NCBI GenBank assembly: GCA_048569615.1
Contig: JBLIRK010000002.1
Span: 8,390 to 72,389 of the forward strand
Length of the DNA stretch: 64,000 nt
Origin: Thermoplasmatota archaeon
GTDB taxonomy: Archaea > Thermoplasmatota > Penumbrarchaeia > Penumbrarchaeales > Penumbrarchaeaceae
Reading direction: 5' to 3'
A program made the translations under genes and the position numbers. The notes beneath the pieces are model-generated. The model saw only the letters and a list, made by a program, of their open reading frames with translations. It was not told the DNA's origin and made no database searches. This document shows, piece by piece, positions 47,861-57,521 of this stretch. Position 1 is the first letter of the stretch. Each line of letters starts with the position of its first letter.

Positions 47861-49975
47861 TCAGGCGGTAATGTCCCCGCTCTCTCCGCAGTGGGGACAC
47901 GTGACAGTGAAAGGACGGTTGTTCCTTATCACGGATCCCTTCACCTGCTCCTTGAAGCTCTCCCCGCAGTAGGGGCATTCAAGGACCACCTTGAGCATCT
48001 GCTCACCGGTCCCCGGTATCGGCGGTGCTTTTTTAACTCGTGAGGTGCTCTTTTCTTCAGCAGCGGACTTGGAAGAGGTCTCATCCTCCCTGGAAGGCTC
48101 GTTCGGTCCACTGCCGGAAACCTGGACCAGGTCGTGGACCTTGGGTCTTGCTCCCTCAGATGGAAATCCCCCATGGCGGCCGTCGGTGGGGACCGAGTGG
48201 ACCCTTCCCTCCTCATCCACCATCACCCCGATCTTCCTGAGCCTCGTCTCCAGTTTTCGCTTCCTTCCCCTACCAACGAACAGTATGATGAGGATCAATA
48301 TAAGGACGAATAGAACAACCGGAGCTATGAACAGAAGGAATGATGTCAAACCTTGATTCGATGTAACACCGTTTCCGTCATCCACGAAGTCCAGGGTTAC
48401 GGAGTCGGATCCGGTACTTCCGCTGGTGTCCCGTACGGTCAGCCGGATCTCAAGACCTTTTCCCTTGTCGCCGCTCCTCCAGGTCACCTCAGGACCCCTG
48501 TGAGTGCTGCCGTCGGGCATGGTCCATATGTAGCTTATCGGATCTCCGTCGGGATCGTAGGAGCCGGAGCCGTCGAAGGTGACATCCTCCATTACTGTCC
48601 TTGTATAGTAGCCTCCCACAACCGTGATCTTGGCCACGGGAGGGCTGTTGAGGTCCCTCTTGGTGGGTTGGAAGGACAGGGTCAGAACCTCCATATCCTC
48701 ATTACCGACAATATCCTGGGCAGCCGCTCCCACCCAGAAAACTGAATTGGGATCGAGATCGGTAAGGATGATGCTGCTTGTATCGATAGATCCCAGTGTT
48801 TCATAGGGGGTCAGGCCTTCCGTGTCAGAGAAGCTGAACTCCTCCAGGTAGATGTTGTAAACAGCGAAATCCTGTGCAAGAGAGGGATACCAGCTGATGG
48901 ACACAGCACCCTCGTCAATTACTTCGACGTCGAGTCCCTCTATCCTTGCCGGAGGCTGCGTGTCGTAGGGATCGTATCCCCTGCCGGAAACCGAAATATC
49001 GTCCAAAAACCATCCGGCACCTCTTCCGGACTCCGAGGATGCCAATGTGAACCTTAACCTGGTTCTCGAGCCGATGAACGAGGAGAGATCGAACTCGGCA
49101 TGCGTCCATCTCGAGGTCCCAACGAATGCATCCTGGCCGTTAAAACCTCCTGTTATATTGTCTCCAAGTTTTCCATAGATCGTATCGAGGGAATGTGCGA
49201 CTTCCCACCCGGTTTCCTCTGAAAAGGCCTGCACGACCCCGCCTGAGGAGCCTACGGATCCTTGAAAATCATAACTATGATAGAGATGGAGAGAAGCATC
49301 GGTGTAGTAAGTGAGGTCTATCCAGTCGGATTCAAGTGATACAAGGGTGGATCCGTTGAAGCCGGGTCCTCCCTCCGGACTTCCATCCAGGGCACCGGCA
49401 AAGTACACCCTGTTCCTGGATATCGTTGTGGTATTATCCCATTCATCCGGCCCCATCACCCACCAGGTAGATCCTTCGGGCTCACCATCTACGGTCCAGT
49501 GATCGATACCCCCTTCGCAATCCTCATAAAAAAGAACCTCCACCGCTCTGATATTGTATGATAGACCATCTATGTAGGTCCCGTTGATGGTCAGATTGAT
49601 CCACCCTCTGTAGTTGCCTGTTTCAGATGGATACCAGGTCACCACACTGCGATCCAAATGCTTCGGGATCACATTTTCTCCCACGGAGAACTCGAATTCC
49701 CCGCCGGATGTCTCTATGAATACTGATACCTCGGCAAATGACGTATCCGCGGCATCCGGATTCGAAACCTCGATAACGACAGAGGTCGGTTCTCCCACAT
49801 ACACAACGGGAGGGATATGGCAGCCGTCCGAGAGCCGGAGGTCATCACCAGCCCTGGTTTGGCGGGAATGAAATGAATGAACACCGCTGGCGAAGGAAAA
49901 TAGGAGGAGGGCCACTGCTGGTAAAAGTATCAGCAGTACGAATGCCATATTCGACATATCCTTCCGCCTGCTCAT
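47861..49975 (-). CDS. type I surface protein with FN3, PKD and MAM/jelly-roll-like domains, TM anchor and a cytoplasmic zinc ribbon
   Basis: Signal peptide MSRRKDMSNMAFVLLILLPAVALLLFSFASG. PKD motif ..DGSGSYDPDGDPISYIWTMPDGS.. TM FLLFIAPVVLFVLILILIILFV. The tail ends CPYCG..(21 aa)..CPHCG. ATG confirmed at 49975. Confidence 0.75.
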   Translation of the reverse strand: MSRRKDMSNMAFVLLILLPAVALLLFSFASGVHSFHSRQTRAGDDLRLSDGCHIPPVVYVGEPTSVVIEVSNPDAADTSFAEVSVFIETSGGEFEFSVGENVIPKHLDRSVVTWYPSETGNYRGWINLTINGTYIDGLSYNIRAVEVLFYEDCEGGIDHWTVDGEPEGSTWWVMGPDEWDNTTTISRNRVYFAGALDGSPEGGPGFNGSTLVSLESDWIDLTYYTDASLHLYHSYDFQGSVGSSGGVVQAFSEETGWEVAHSLDTIYGKLGDNITGGFNGQDAFVGTSRWTHAEFDLSSFIGSRTRLRFTLASSESGRGAGWFLDDISVSGRGYDPYDTQPPARIEGLDVEVIDEGAVSISWYPSLAQDFAVYNIYLEEFSFSDTEGLTPYETLGSIDTSSIILTDLDPNSVFWVGAAAQDIVGNEDMEVLTLSFQPTKRDLNSPPVAKITVVGGYYTRTVMEDVTFDGSGSYDPDGDPISYIWTMPDGSTHRGPEVTWRSGDKGKGLEIRLTVRDTSGSTGSDSVTLDFVDDGNGVTSNQGLTSFLLFIAPVVLFVLILILIILFVGRGRKRKLETRLRKIGVMVDEEGRVHSVPTDGRHGGFPSEGARPKVHDLVQVSGSGPNEPSREDETSSKSAAEEKSTSRVKKAPPIPGTGEQMLKVVLECPYCGESFKEQVKGSVIRNNRPFTVTCPHCGESGDITA

Positions 49976-50008
49976 CGGTCATGATTGCGAAAGTATCCAT
50001 TTAAACCT

Positions 50009-50794
50009 TTAGGAGGAGGTGTCGAAGAACCGCTGGATAGCATCTTCCAATGCCCTCGCACCCAATGTTGCCGGGCCGTTAATAAAAACATCCGTAAGGG
50101 TGCCAGTGAATTCGCTTGGTTGGGAATTTATCTCCACGAGCAGGCCGCCGTTTGCCTTTGCAATAATCGGAATCGAAGCTGCAGGATGGACGATGCCAGA
50201 GGTCCCGATCACCAGTATGTTGGGCCCCTTTGATGCGGTCTCAACCGCCCTGCCGAGGGCGTCCTCGGGCAGCATCTCCCCGAAGAATACGATATCCGGT
50301 CTCTTTATGGAGCTGCAGCGGCATTTGATTGAGAATCCTGACCAGGTGGAAGGATCCAGTACTTCCTTCCTTCCGCAATCCATGCAGTATATTCTCCTCG
50401 CATTGCCGTGAAGCTCGATCAGGTCCCTGGTACCCGCCATGGCATGCAGGCCGTCCACATTCTGCGTTACAACCGGCCCTATCCAGCCTTTACCCTCCAT
50501 TCTCGCAAGAGCTCTGTGAGCCTCATTGGGCATTGATCTCATGGAACCCTCGATTATCTCCCTCAGCATCTCCCATGACCTCTCCGGATGGACCCTGAAA
50601 GTGTCGATATGCCCGTATTCATAAGGATCGTAACGGTCCCAGAGTCCCCCCTCCCCGCGAAACGGGGGGATGTTGGACTCAACAGAGACGCCCGCACCCG
50701 TCAGGACCAGGATGGGCAGATCGTCCGAGAGAAGTTCTGCTGCCCGGTCGGCGGCTGTTTGGATGCTTTCTTCATAATGCATGGGCATCAGCAC
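50009..50794 (-). CDS. cobB: NAD-dependent protein deacylase, Sir2 family
   Basis: ..LTGAGVSVESNIPPFRG.. Rossmann GAGxS motif, a Zn-binding Cys pair (CMDCG..C) and ..GTSGIVHPAA.. Confidence 0.9.
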   Translation of the reverse strand: MLMPMHYEESIQTAADRAAELLSDDLPILVLTGAGVSVESNIPPFRGEGGLWDRYDPYEYGHIDTFRVHPERSWEMLREIIEGSMRSMPNEAHRALARMEGKGWIGPVVTQNVDGLHAMAGTRDLIELHGNARRIYCMDCGRKEVLDPSTWSGFSIKCRCSSIKRPDIVFFGEMLPEDALGRAVETASKGPNILVIGTSGIVHPAASIPIIAKANGGLLVEINSQPSEFTGTLTDVFINGPATLGARALEDAIQRFFDTSS

Positions 50795-50948
50795 TCATAG
50801 GGTTCATCCCAGGTCAGCTTTGGAACATTCATCATCTGCCCCTTCTTGATGAAAGAGGAGGTTTAAAGAGATACCTATTAGCATCCTGCTTCCGAGGCAA
50901 TCACTTTATATGCATTGGTCATCGATACGCTGACAAGGGGGCTGCATC

Positions 50949-51329
50949 TTGAACCGCGAGGATTACATCTATTACCAGTTCATGAAAAAGGTGACTGAGG
51001 ATGAGTTCATCTCCTTGGACGAGAGCGGACTCATTCTCATACTGGAGGACCGTTTGGGACTTTCGGATGACAGGATGGACGAGATCATGGGATGGATTGA
51101 GGAGGAAAAAGAGCCTCCCGTCGGCAAGGAAAAGTTGGATAGATTGAAGAACGATACATCCAACCATGATTACGAACTCAGGATATACGAATTGATCCTG
51201 GCGGAGGCTCTGAGGGATGTCAAGATCGAAAGGGACGAGAAGGACCTCCTGATGATGCTCACTAAGATAATGAACGTAACCGAGGAGGAGCGTCAAGATA
51301 TATACTCAAGGATTAAGGAATCCAAATGA
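50949..51329 (+). CDS. hypothetical protein, possibly a TerB-like two-helix repeat
   Basis: 126 aa with two similar acidic helical repeats (..LILILEDRLGLSDDRMDEIM.. / ..LLMMLTKIMNVTEEERQDIY..). Track start 50949 is TTG; the first ATG is at 50982. Its end overlaps the ogg start by 4 nt. Confidence 0.45.
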   Translation: MNREDYIYYQFMKKVTEDEFISLDESGLILILEDRLGLSDDRMDEIMGWIEEEKEPPVGKEKLDRLKNDTSNHDYELRIYELILAEALRDVKIERDEKDLLMMLTKIMNVTEEERQDIYSRIKESK

Positions 51330-51982
51330 GCGGAGCCGAGGAGACCAGGGAGCATCTCAGGAGCATCTATTCAGAATTGAAGTCTCCCATCGAGGAGAGG
51401 CTGGGAGAGTTCGAGAGGATATGGAAGAGCAGGGACGGAATTCCCGCCCTGAAGGAGCTCCTATTCTGCATATTGACCCCCCAATCAAAGGCGGAGCTCT
51501 GCTGGGGAGCCGTGGAGGATATGGCCTGCACGGATGTACTTCTCAGAGGAGATTACAACCAGGTGCTGGAAGCGGTGGGCAGGGTTCGGTTCAAGTACAA
51601 GAAGGCCGGCTACCTAATCGAGGCAAGGGACAGGTTCTACACGGACGGCAGATCAACGCTGATAGAATGGATCGATGGCCTGGGAGATCCCCTGACAGCC
51701 AGGGAATGGTTCGTCAAGAACATAAGAGGCCTGGGATACAAGGAGGCAAGCCACTTTCTGAGGAATATCGGGCTGGGAAATGAAATCGCCATCCTGGACC
51801 GCCATATTCTGAGAAACCTTGTGAAATGCGGAGTGATAGAAAGCATCCCATCCTCAATTTCGGGTAATAGGTATCTGGAGACAGAGGCAAGGATGAGGAG
51901 ATTCTCGGAAAAGATTGATATCCCGCTCTCCCATCTTGACCTCGTATTTTGGTATATGGCCAACGGGAACATCTTCAAATGA
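51326..51982 (+). CDS. ogg: archaeal-type 8-oxoguanine DNA glycosylase / AP lyase (Ogg2-like, HhH-GPD fold)
   Basis: 218 aa. ..LLFCILTPQSKAE.. and ..FLRNIGLGNEIAILDRHILRNL.. (HhH plus the conserved Asp) match the small archaeal Ogg family. Confidence 0.75.
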   Translation: MSGAEETREHLRSIYSELKSPIEERLGEFERIWKSRDGIPALKELLFCILTPQSKAELCWGAVEDMACTDVLLRGDYNQVLEAVGRVRFKYKKAGYLIEARDRFYTDGRSTLIEWIDGLGDPLTAREWFVKNIRGLGYKEASHFLRNIGLGNEIAILDRHILRNLVKCGVIESIPSSISGNRYLETEARMRRFSEKIDIPLSHLDLVFWYMANGNIFK

Positions 51983-51991
51983 GGTACGGAA

Positions 51992-52456
51992 ATGACCCTT
52001 GAGGAGAAGGACATCCCCCGCATCCTTGAAAATGCCAAGGCAATCATCGAGGATGGGGAAGGGCATAAGTTGGAACGGATCTGCACCATGCTGAGGAAGG
52101 AGATCGACCATTACGACTGGGTCGGGTTCTACATAGTGGAAAGCGGTAGGGAAAGGGAGCTGATCCTCGGCCCCTACTCCGGAGAGCCCACCGAGCATAC
52201 CAGAATTTCCTTCGGGCAAGGTATCTGCGGTCAGGCTGCCGATACCGGGAGGCTCTTTCTGATCCAAGATGTTTCCAGGGAAACCAATTACCTCTCCTGC
52301 TCCCCGGAAGTGAGGTCGGAGATCGTTCTTCCGATATTCAGGAGCGGAGAGCTGGCAGGCGAGCTTGACATAGATTCGCATCAGCTCGAACCCTTCACTG
52401 AGACCGATGAAAAGCTGCTGGGCGAGATATGCGTCATGGCGGCTCCCCTGCTATGA
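51992..52456 (+). CDS. GAF-domain protein, free methionine-(R)-sulfoxide reductase-like (fRMsr)
   Basis: ..GQGICGQAA.. and ..YLSCSPEVRSEIVLPIF.. reproduce the two conserved Cys-containing fRMsr motifs within a GAF fold. Confidence 0.7.
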   Translation: MTLEEKDIPRILENAKAIIEDGEGHKLERICTMLRKEIDHYDWVGFYIVESGRERELILGPYSGEPTEHTRISFGQGICGQAADTGRLFLIQDVSRETNYLSCSPEVRSEIVLPIFRSGELAGELDIDSHQLEPFTETDEKLLGEICVMAAPLL

Positions 52457-53171
52457 TCCGCCATTCACTGCAGAGAGGGACTTCACCTTTGTGGACCAAA
52501 AGGTCCCGATCGTATTCGAAGAGAAGAGGATATACCTCCAATCCCGCCTCGAGTCCGTCACGGAACGCCGCTGCAAAACCGGGATCCCTTTCCTCAAACG
52601 GAGCGAAGCATCCGGGCGGAGGTCCGAGGACAAGTATCATTACCGCAGCCCTATATCCTTCTTCAAGGAGGCCCTTGAGCTCTTGTATGTGACGTTTTCC
52701 CCTTTCCGTGGGCGCATCCGGGAAGAGGGCACGGCCATCAATTGTAAGGGAGCAACCCTTGACCTCCATGAAGATGGCATCCCCCCTGTCATCGACGATC
52801 CTAAAATCCAGCCTGCTCCTTCCAACGGCGACCTCGGCCTTCAAACTTTGAATGGCTCCAAAAGGGGAGGTCTCGGGATCGTTTAGAACGGCTTCCGCGA
52901 TCCTTCTGTGGTAAGAGGAATTGATGAGCACCCATCTGTCCCCGACTCCACCGGCGACAACGTCGAAGGCGGTCTTCCTTCCTTCCCTTCCAGCCCTCTT
53001 AAGCAGGAGCCTTGACCTTGGCCTAAGTATCTCTCCGAGCCTTCCAGGATCATGGAGATGGGCTTTCTCCATCTTTCCATCCTCAAGCTCGGCCACTACG
53101 ACGAACCTGTTCGGCCTATCGATGAAACGGGCGGAGATATCCGACGGTAAGGGTATGCAGAGCTCTTCCAT
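52434..53171 (-). CDS. sfsA: SfsA (sugar fermentation stimulation protein A) family nuclease-fold protein
   Basis: ..RPNRFVVVAELEDGKMEKAHLHDPGRL.. and the rest match SfsA. ATG at 53171 preferred over the longer track ORF. Confidence 0.8.
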   Translation of the reverse strand: MEELCIPLPSDISARFIDRPNRFVVVAELEDGKMEKAHLHDPGRLGEILRPRSRLLLKRAGREGRKTAFDVVAGGVGDRWVLINSSYHRRIAEAVLNDPETSPFGAIQSLKAEVAVGRSRLDFRIVDDRGDAIFMEVKGCSLTIDGRALFPDAPTERGKRHIQELKGLLEEGYRAAVMILVLGPPPGCFAPFEERDPGFAAAFRDGLEAGLEVYPLLFEYDRDLLVHKGEVPLCSEWRIIAGEPP

Positions 53172-53236
53172 GTGTCCGAACAATGGCCTCAAAATCATTA
53201 TATATATCGCCAACTTTGGGAATTTTAGGTGGGTAA

Positions 53237-53920
53237 TTGGTCGGTGAGACCCTCTTCAAGGTCACTTACGGGATGTACATAGTCAGCTCCCGCGAAGGAA
53301 GCCGATTGAACGGTCTGATAATCAACACCGCCAACCAGGTTACCTCATCCCCGCCGCAGGTTTCCATCAACATCTCCAAGGCGAACCTTACCCACGACAT
53401 GATAATCAAGAGCAGGGTATTCTCCATATCCATTTTGAGGAAGGACACACCGATGAGGTTCATAGGAAAATGGGGTTTCAAATCCGGAAGGGACATAGAC
53501 AAGTTCGAGGGGACCAAATACAAGTTCGGCCCTTCCGGAGCTCCCATAGTACTGGAAAATACCATCGGCTACATGGACCTCGAACTTGTGGACCATCTCG
53601 ATGTCTCCACCCATACGATCTTCGTCGGGGAGGTCATAGAATCCGAGATCATAGAGGATTCCGAACCCCTGACCTATAATTACTACAGGGATGTGAAAGG
53701 CGGCAGGTCCTCGAAGAACGCACCGACCTACGAAGGCTGGGGGAGCCTCAGCAAGGACATGTCCAGATTTATCTGCGGAAAATGCGGGTATGTCTACGAT
53801 CCCATGGCCGGTGACAGGGATGGAAAGATACCCCCGGACACATCCTACGAAGAGCTCCCTTCGAATTGGGTATGCCCTCTTTGCGGGGCACCGAAGAGCG
53901 ATTTCACCCGGGCTAACTGA
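53237..53920 (+). CDS. flavin reductase-like domain fused to a C-terminal rubredoxin (high-molecular-weight rubredoxin, Hrb-like)
   Basis: N-terminal FMN-binding split-barrel flavin reductase signature. C-terminal ..CGKCGYVYDP..(28 aa)..WVCPLCGAPKSDF rubredoxin motif. The track start 53237 is TTG; an alternative ATG is at 53273. Confidence 0.8.
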   Translation: MVGETLFKVTYGMYIVSSREGSRLNGLIINTANQVTSSPPQVSINISKANLTHDMIIKSRVFSISILRKDTPMRFIGKWGFKSGRDIDKFEGTKYKFGPSGAPIVLENTIGYMDLELVDHLDVSTHTIFVGEVIESEIIEDSEPLTYNYYRDVKGGRSSKNAPTYEGWGSLSKDMSRFICGKCGYVYDPMAGDRDGKIPPDTSYEELPSNWVCPLCGAPKSDFTRAN

Positions 53921-53973
53921 TTATGGGCAAATTTGATATAACACCAGATTTAACCTGGGTTCGAGGGATTTAG

Positions 53974-54480
53974 ATGTTAAAGGACAATATGTTGAAAGCC
54001 CTGAACGACCAGGTGAGAGAAGAGACCTATTCGGCCTATCTTTATCAGGCCATGTCAGCCTTCTGTGACTTCAAAGGCTACAGGGGTTTTGCCCACTGGT
54101 TCGATATCCAGGCCCAGGAGGAGCAGATACATGCCAGAAAGATATACGATTTCATCCTCGAGAGGGGAGGCCAGGTAAGACTGGACACGATCAAGGCGCC
54201 CCCATTCGAATTTGGCACACCGCTGGATATGTTCAAGGCTGCCCTGGAGCATGAAGAATACATCACCGACCGGATCAACGGCCTGGTGGAGCTCTCCCAC
54301 GATATCAGGGACCACGCCAGCTTCAATTTCCTCCAGTGGTTTATCGCTGAGCAGGTGGAAGAGGAAGCCACGGCCAGCGAGCTTGTGGACAAGCTGACTC
54401 TGATAGGGGACCATACCGGCGCCCTGTTCCAGTTGGACAGGGAGCTTGCCGGAAGACCGGCACCTTCGGCTGCTGAGTGA
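53974..54480 (+). CDS. ferritin (non-haem, ferritin-like diiron protein)
   Basis: ..LNDQVREETYSAYLYQAMSAF.. and ..EQVEEEA.. are typical ferroxidase-centre ligand patterns in a four-helix bundle. Confidence 0.85.
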   Translation: MLKDNMLKALNDQVREETYSAYLYQAMSAFCDFKGYRGFAHWFDIQAQEEQIHARKIYDFILERGGQVRLDTIKAPPFEFGTPLDMFKAALEHEEYITDRINGLVELSHDIRDHASFNFLQWFIAEQVEEEATASELVDKLTLIGDHTGALFQLDRELAGRPAPSAAE

Positions 54481-54507
54481 TACAAATAACCATGCGGGGG
54501 AAGATAT

Positions 54508-55071
54508 ATGATCAAGATCGGAGAGCAGATTCCGGACCTTGAAGCCGAGGTCTACCAGAACTACGAGATCAAGAAAGTCAAGCTTTCCCAGTACAGGGGA
54601 AAATGGCTGGTCCTGGCCTTCTATCCGGCCGATTTCACCTTTGTATGCCCGACGGAGCTCGAGGACCTCGCCAACAATTACACGCATTTCAAGAACGAGA
54701 ATGCGGAGATCATTTCGATCTCCACGGATACGGCATATGTGCACCTTGCATGGCATAACGATTCTCCCGCCATCGGAAAGGTCAACTATCCCATGATGGC
54801 GGATCCCACGGGTAGGATATGCAGGACCTTCGGAACTTATATCGAGGATGAGGGCCTATCCCAGAGAGCGACCTTGATCATCGATCCCGACGGGATCCTG
54901 AAGGCCATGGACATCCACGACAACTCCATAGGAAGGACAGCCAAGGAGATCCTAAGGAAGCTCCAGGCTGCCTCTTATGTCCGGGAGAATCCCGGAATGG
55001 TATGCCCTGCCAACTGGCAGAAGGGGGATGAAGCCATGGACAAATCCCTGGATAAGGTCGGAAAGATCTGA
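54508..55071 (+). CDS. peroxiredoxin (AhpC/TSA family, 2-Cys type)
   Basis: Peroxidatic-Cys motif FTFVCPTEL; resolving Cys near the C-terminus (..MVCPANW..). Confidence 0.9.
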   Translation: MIKIGEQIPDLEAEVYQNYEIKKVKLSQYRGKWLVLAFYPADFTFVCPTELEDLANNYTHFKNENAEIISISTDTAYVHLAWHNDSPAIGKVNYPMMADPTGRICRTFGTYIEDEGLSQRATLIIDPDGILKAMDIHDNSIGRTAKEILRKLQAASYVRENPGMVCPANWQKGDEAMDKSLDKVGKI

Positions 55072-55073
55072 AG

Positions 55074-55577
55074 GTGTATCCGATGGACCTTGAACAGTTC
55101 GGTCTCGAGGAGCTGCTCCTTGCGGCCATTAAAAGCGAGATGGAGAGCAAAGCTGTATATGAACACCTGGCAAGGCAGGTGCCCAATGCTTATCTTTCGG
55201 ACAAGCTGAGGTTCATTGCCCGGGAAGAGCAGAAGCACAGGGAATTTCTGGAGGGGGTCTTCAAGATGCAAATACAGAAACCCCTCGGAGAGCTGCCGTT
55301 GAGCTCACCCGTCCCGCTCCCCGAGGTGACCGTTTCCCAACCTTATGTGCCGGCATCGGAGGTCATATTCCAGGCAATGAAGGCAGAGGAGGCCGCATCC
55401 GATTTCTACAGATCGCTGGCGGAAAGGTTCCAAGGAGACAGCGAGACCAGGGAGACCCTGATATACCTTTCACAGATGGAGATGGGCCACTACAAGCTGC
55501 TAGAGGTAGAGAAGGCACACCTTGACAGCTCTGAGGATTACGAGGTAGAATGGGAGATGATGCACGCCGGTCCTTGA
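55074..55577 (+). CDS. ferritin-like diiron four-helix-bundle protein (erythrin / rubrerythrin-like, no rubredoxin domain)
   Basis: Two E..H-containing helix pairs (..ESKAVYEHLAR.., ..EEQKHREFLE.., ..EEAASDFYRSLA.., ..EMGHYKLLE..). Starts 2 nt after the peroxiredoxin stop. Confidence 0.6.
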   Translation: MYPMDLEQFGLEELLLAAIKSEMESKAVYEHLARQVPNAYLSDKLRFIAREEQKHREFLEGVFKMQIQKPLGELPLSSPVPLPEVTVSQPYVPASEVIFQAMKAEEAASDFYRSLAERFQGDSETRETLIYLSQMEMGHYKLLEVEKAHLDSSEDYEVEWEMMHAGP

Positions 55578-55675
55578 GCCGGTCGCATCTCCCTTTGCTC
55601 TTCCCGAAAATCAGATTCTTCCATTTTCAAATCCTTTATTTACGATGGCCACTTTAACCCGAATGAGGTACAGCA

Positions 55676-56251
55676 ATGCCGTCATTAAAGGGAACTAAAA
55701 CGGAGAAGAACCTTCTTGCAGCCTTTGCAGGGGAATCACAGGCGAGGAACAGATATACATTCTTTGCGAAACAGGCAAAGAAGGAGGGTTTCGAGGCTAT
55801 ATCTGCCATCTTTCTCGAAACCGCGGAGAACGAGAAGGAACATGCCAAGCTCTTCTTCAAACATCTGGAGGGGGGTATGGTCGAGATCACTGCAATGTAT
55901 CCAGCCGGAGTGATAGGCAACACCATAGAGAACCTGAGGGCCGCCGCAAATGGCGAGAACGAGGAATGGACCGTCCTGTATCCTGGATTTGCAAAGATCG
56001 CCGATGAGGAGGGTTTCCCGGAGGTCGCAAAGACCTTCAGGATGGTGGCAAAGGTCGAGGTGGAGCACGAGAAGAGGTATAACTCTCTCATCCATGATCT
56101 TGAGGAGGGATCTTTCTTCAATAGGGAAGAGAAGATCAAATGGAAATGCCGGAACTGCGGCTACATCCACGAGGGGGCGACAGCACCGGAGATCTGTCCG
56201 GCATGCAATCATCCCCAGGCTTACTTCGAACCCCTCTGCAAGAACTACTGA
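55676..56251 (+). CDS. rbr: rubrerythrin
   Basis: N-terminal diiron domain (..[21 protein letters not shown].., ..EKEHAKLF..) and a C-terminal rubredoxin-like CRNCG..CPACN. Confidence 0.9.
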   Translation: MPSLKGTKTEKNLLAAFAGESQARNRYTFFAKQAKKEGFEAISAIFLETAENEKEHAKLFFKHLEGGMVEITAMYPAGVIGNTIENLRAAANGENEEWTVLYPGFAKIADEEGFPEVAKTFRMVAKVEVEHEKRYNSLIHDLEEGSFFNREEKIKWKCRNCGYIHEGATAPEICPACNHPQAYFEPLCKNY

Positions 56252-56431
56252 ACACAAGAGAGAAATGGGTGGGCAGGGAGATCTGGGGGGGGACATATCT
56301 TGGAGAGATAGAGGTGTTGTGGGGAGAAAACGATTCTTTTTCCCTGCCCAATGTATATAATATTCCTCGGGTAAGTATTTAAAACGATTCCGCACATTCT
56401 CATTTTTCCGCCAAAACGGAGGTATGCATAG

Positions 56432-57310
56432 TTACAGATCGCCTTTCGCGATGAACATCTCGAATTCCTTTTGAAAAAGTTTACTCTCCCGCTCCTCAAG
56501 GACATCCAGGTCAAGTGAGAATATCACAACGCAATGGGGATGGCTCATTATCCGGTCGTTCAGGACCTGGAGAAGATTGATCACCCTGATGAACTCTATA
56601 TTGGTCAGTATATACTCGAAACCCAATACCAGCACGGCGGTCTCCGAGTTCTCCGACATGGCAGACTGGACCATAATCAGGAGCTTCTGGATGTTGACCG
56701 GTGATATGCATGGATAATCTGAATTGGGTATCGATGTGAACCAGGCAACTGGTAAATCACCCAATCCCGGATTCATCCTCAGGCTGGAGGGGTGCTTCCG
56801 TGTGAAAGCCAATCCCGAATAACCGGAATCAAGGAGCTCCCTGAAAAGCTGTATTGCCTTTACTCCCCCTTCCTCATTTATCAGATACATGCCGCTCCTC
56901 TTGATGGCGGGCTCTCCCGAGAATTTCACTCCACCGGATCCGTTTTCCTTCACCTTCCGGGGTATGGAAGCTTCTATGTTGGAAAGAAGCTCCCCGATAT
57001 TGAAGGGCTTTCTCATGCCCACGATCCCCATCTTGAGCGCTTCCCAGACCGCATTGTCATCCGCGCTGACGAGGATTATCTTTGTTTCCTTGTCCATCTC
57101 CCGCATGAGGGCAGCAGCCTCCAATCCCCCCATACCCGGCATTCTGTGATCAAGGATCACGAGATCCGGTTTCTTTTCTAGCTTTCTGAACATCTCCACC
57201 GCTTCTATTCCACTCGATGCCACACCAATCAGGTTGTATCCCCTGACAGAAAGGATATCCATGTAGAGCTGTTGGATCATCTCCTCATCCTCCACAATGA
57301 ATACATCCAT
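56432..57310 (-). CDS. response regulator: REC domain fused to a ~170-aa C-terminal alpha/beta domain of unknown function (DUF835-like?)
   Basis: N-terminal MDVFIVEDEEMIQ..LVILDHRMPGMGG.. REC signature. The C-terminal domain has no HTH I can recognise. No histidine kinase lies within the window. Confidence 0.7.
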   Translation of the reverse strand: MDVFIVEDEEMIQQLYMDILSVRGYNLIGVASSGIEAVEMFRKLEKKPDLVILDHRMPGMGGLEAAALMREMDKETKIILVSADDNAVWEALKMGIVGMRKPFNIGELLSNIEASIPRKVKENGSGGVKFSGEPAIKRSGMYLINEEGGVKAIQLFRELLDSGYSGLAFTRKHPSSLRMNPGLGDLPVAWFTSIPNSDYPCISPVNIQKLLIMVQSAMSENSETAVLVLGFEYILTNIEFIRVINLLQVLNDRIMSHPHCVVIFSLDLDVLEERESKLFQKEFEMFIAKGDL

Positions 57311-57521
57311 ATTTATCCGACCTCAATGTTTTACGCTGTACGAGTAATTATATCATTATAAAATCTTTCACATGATTATAAATTCCATCGAAACTGGAAA
57401 GCACCGGCAGAATCATGACTGCCGATATTTCACAACGGCCATGGAAAAGGATTTATTCCATGAAACTTGCAGACCGTTGGAGCGTTATCCGGTGAGCGAA
57501 GGCCCTGTTGCATCAGGAGAC

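Noticed and set aside
56252-56431. Long-range inverted repeat GGGCAGGGA ... TCCCTGCCC between convergent rbr and the REC-fusion gene as a terminator
   Set aside because: The arms are ~60 nt apart, and the T-tract precedes rather than follows the 3' arm. Not a convincing terminator on either strand.
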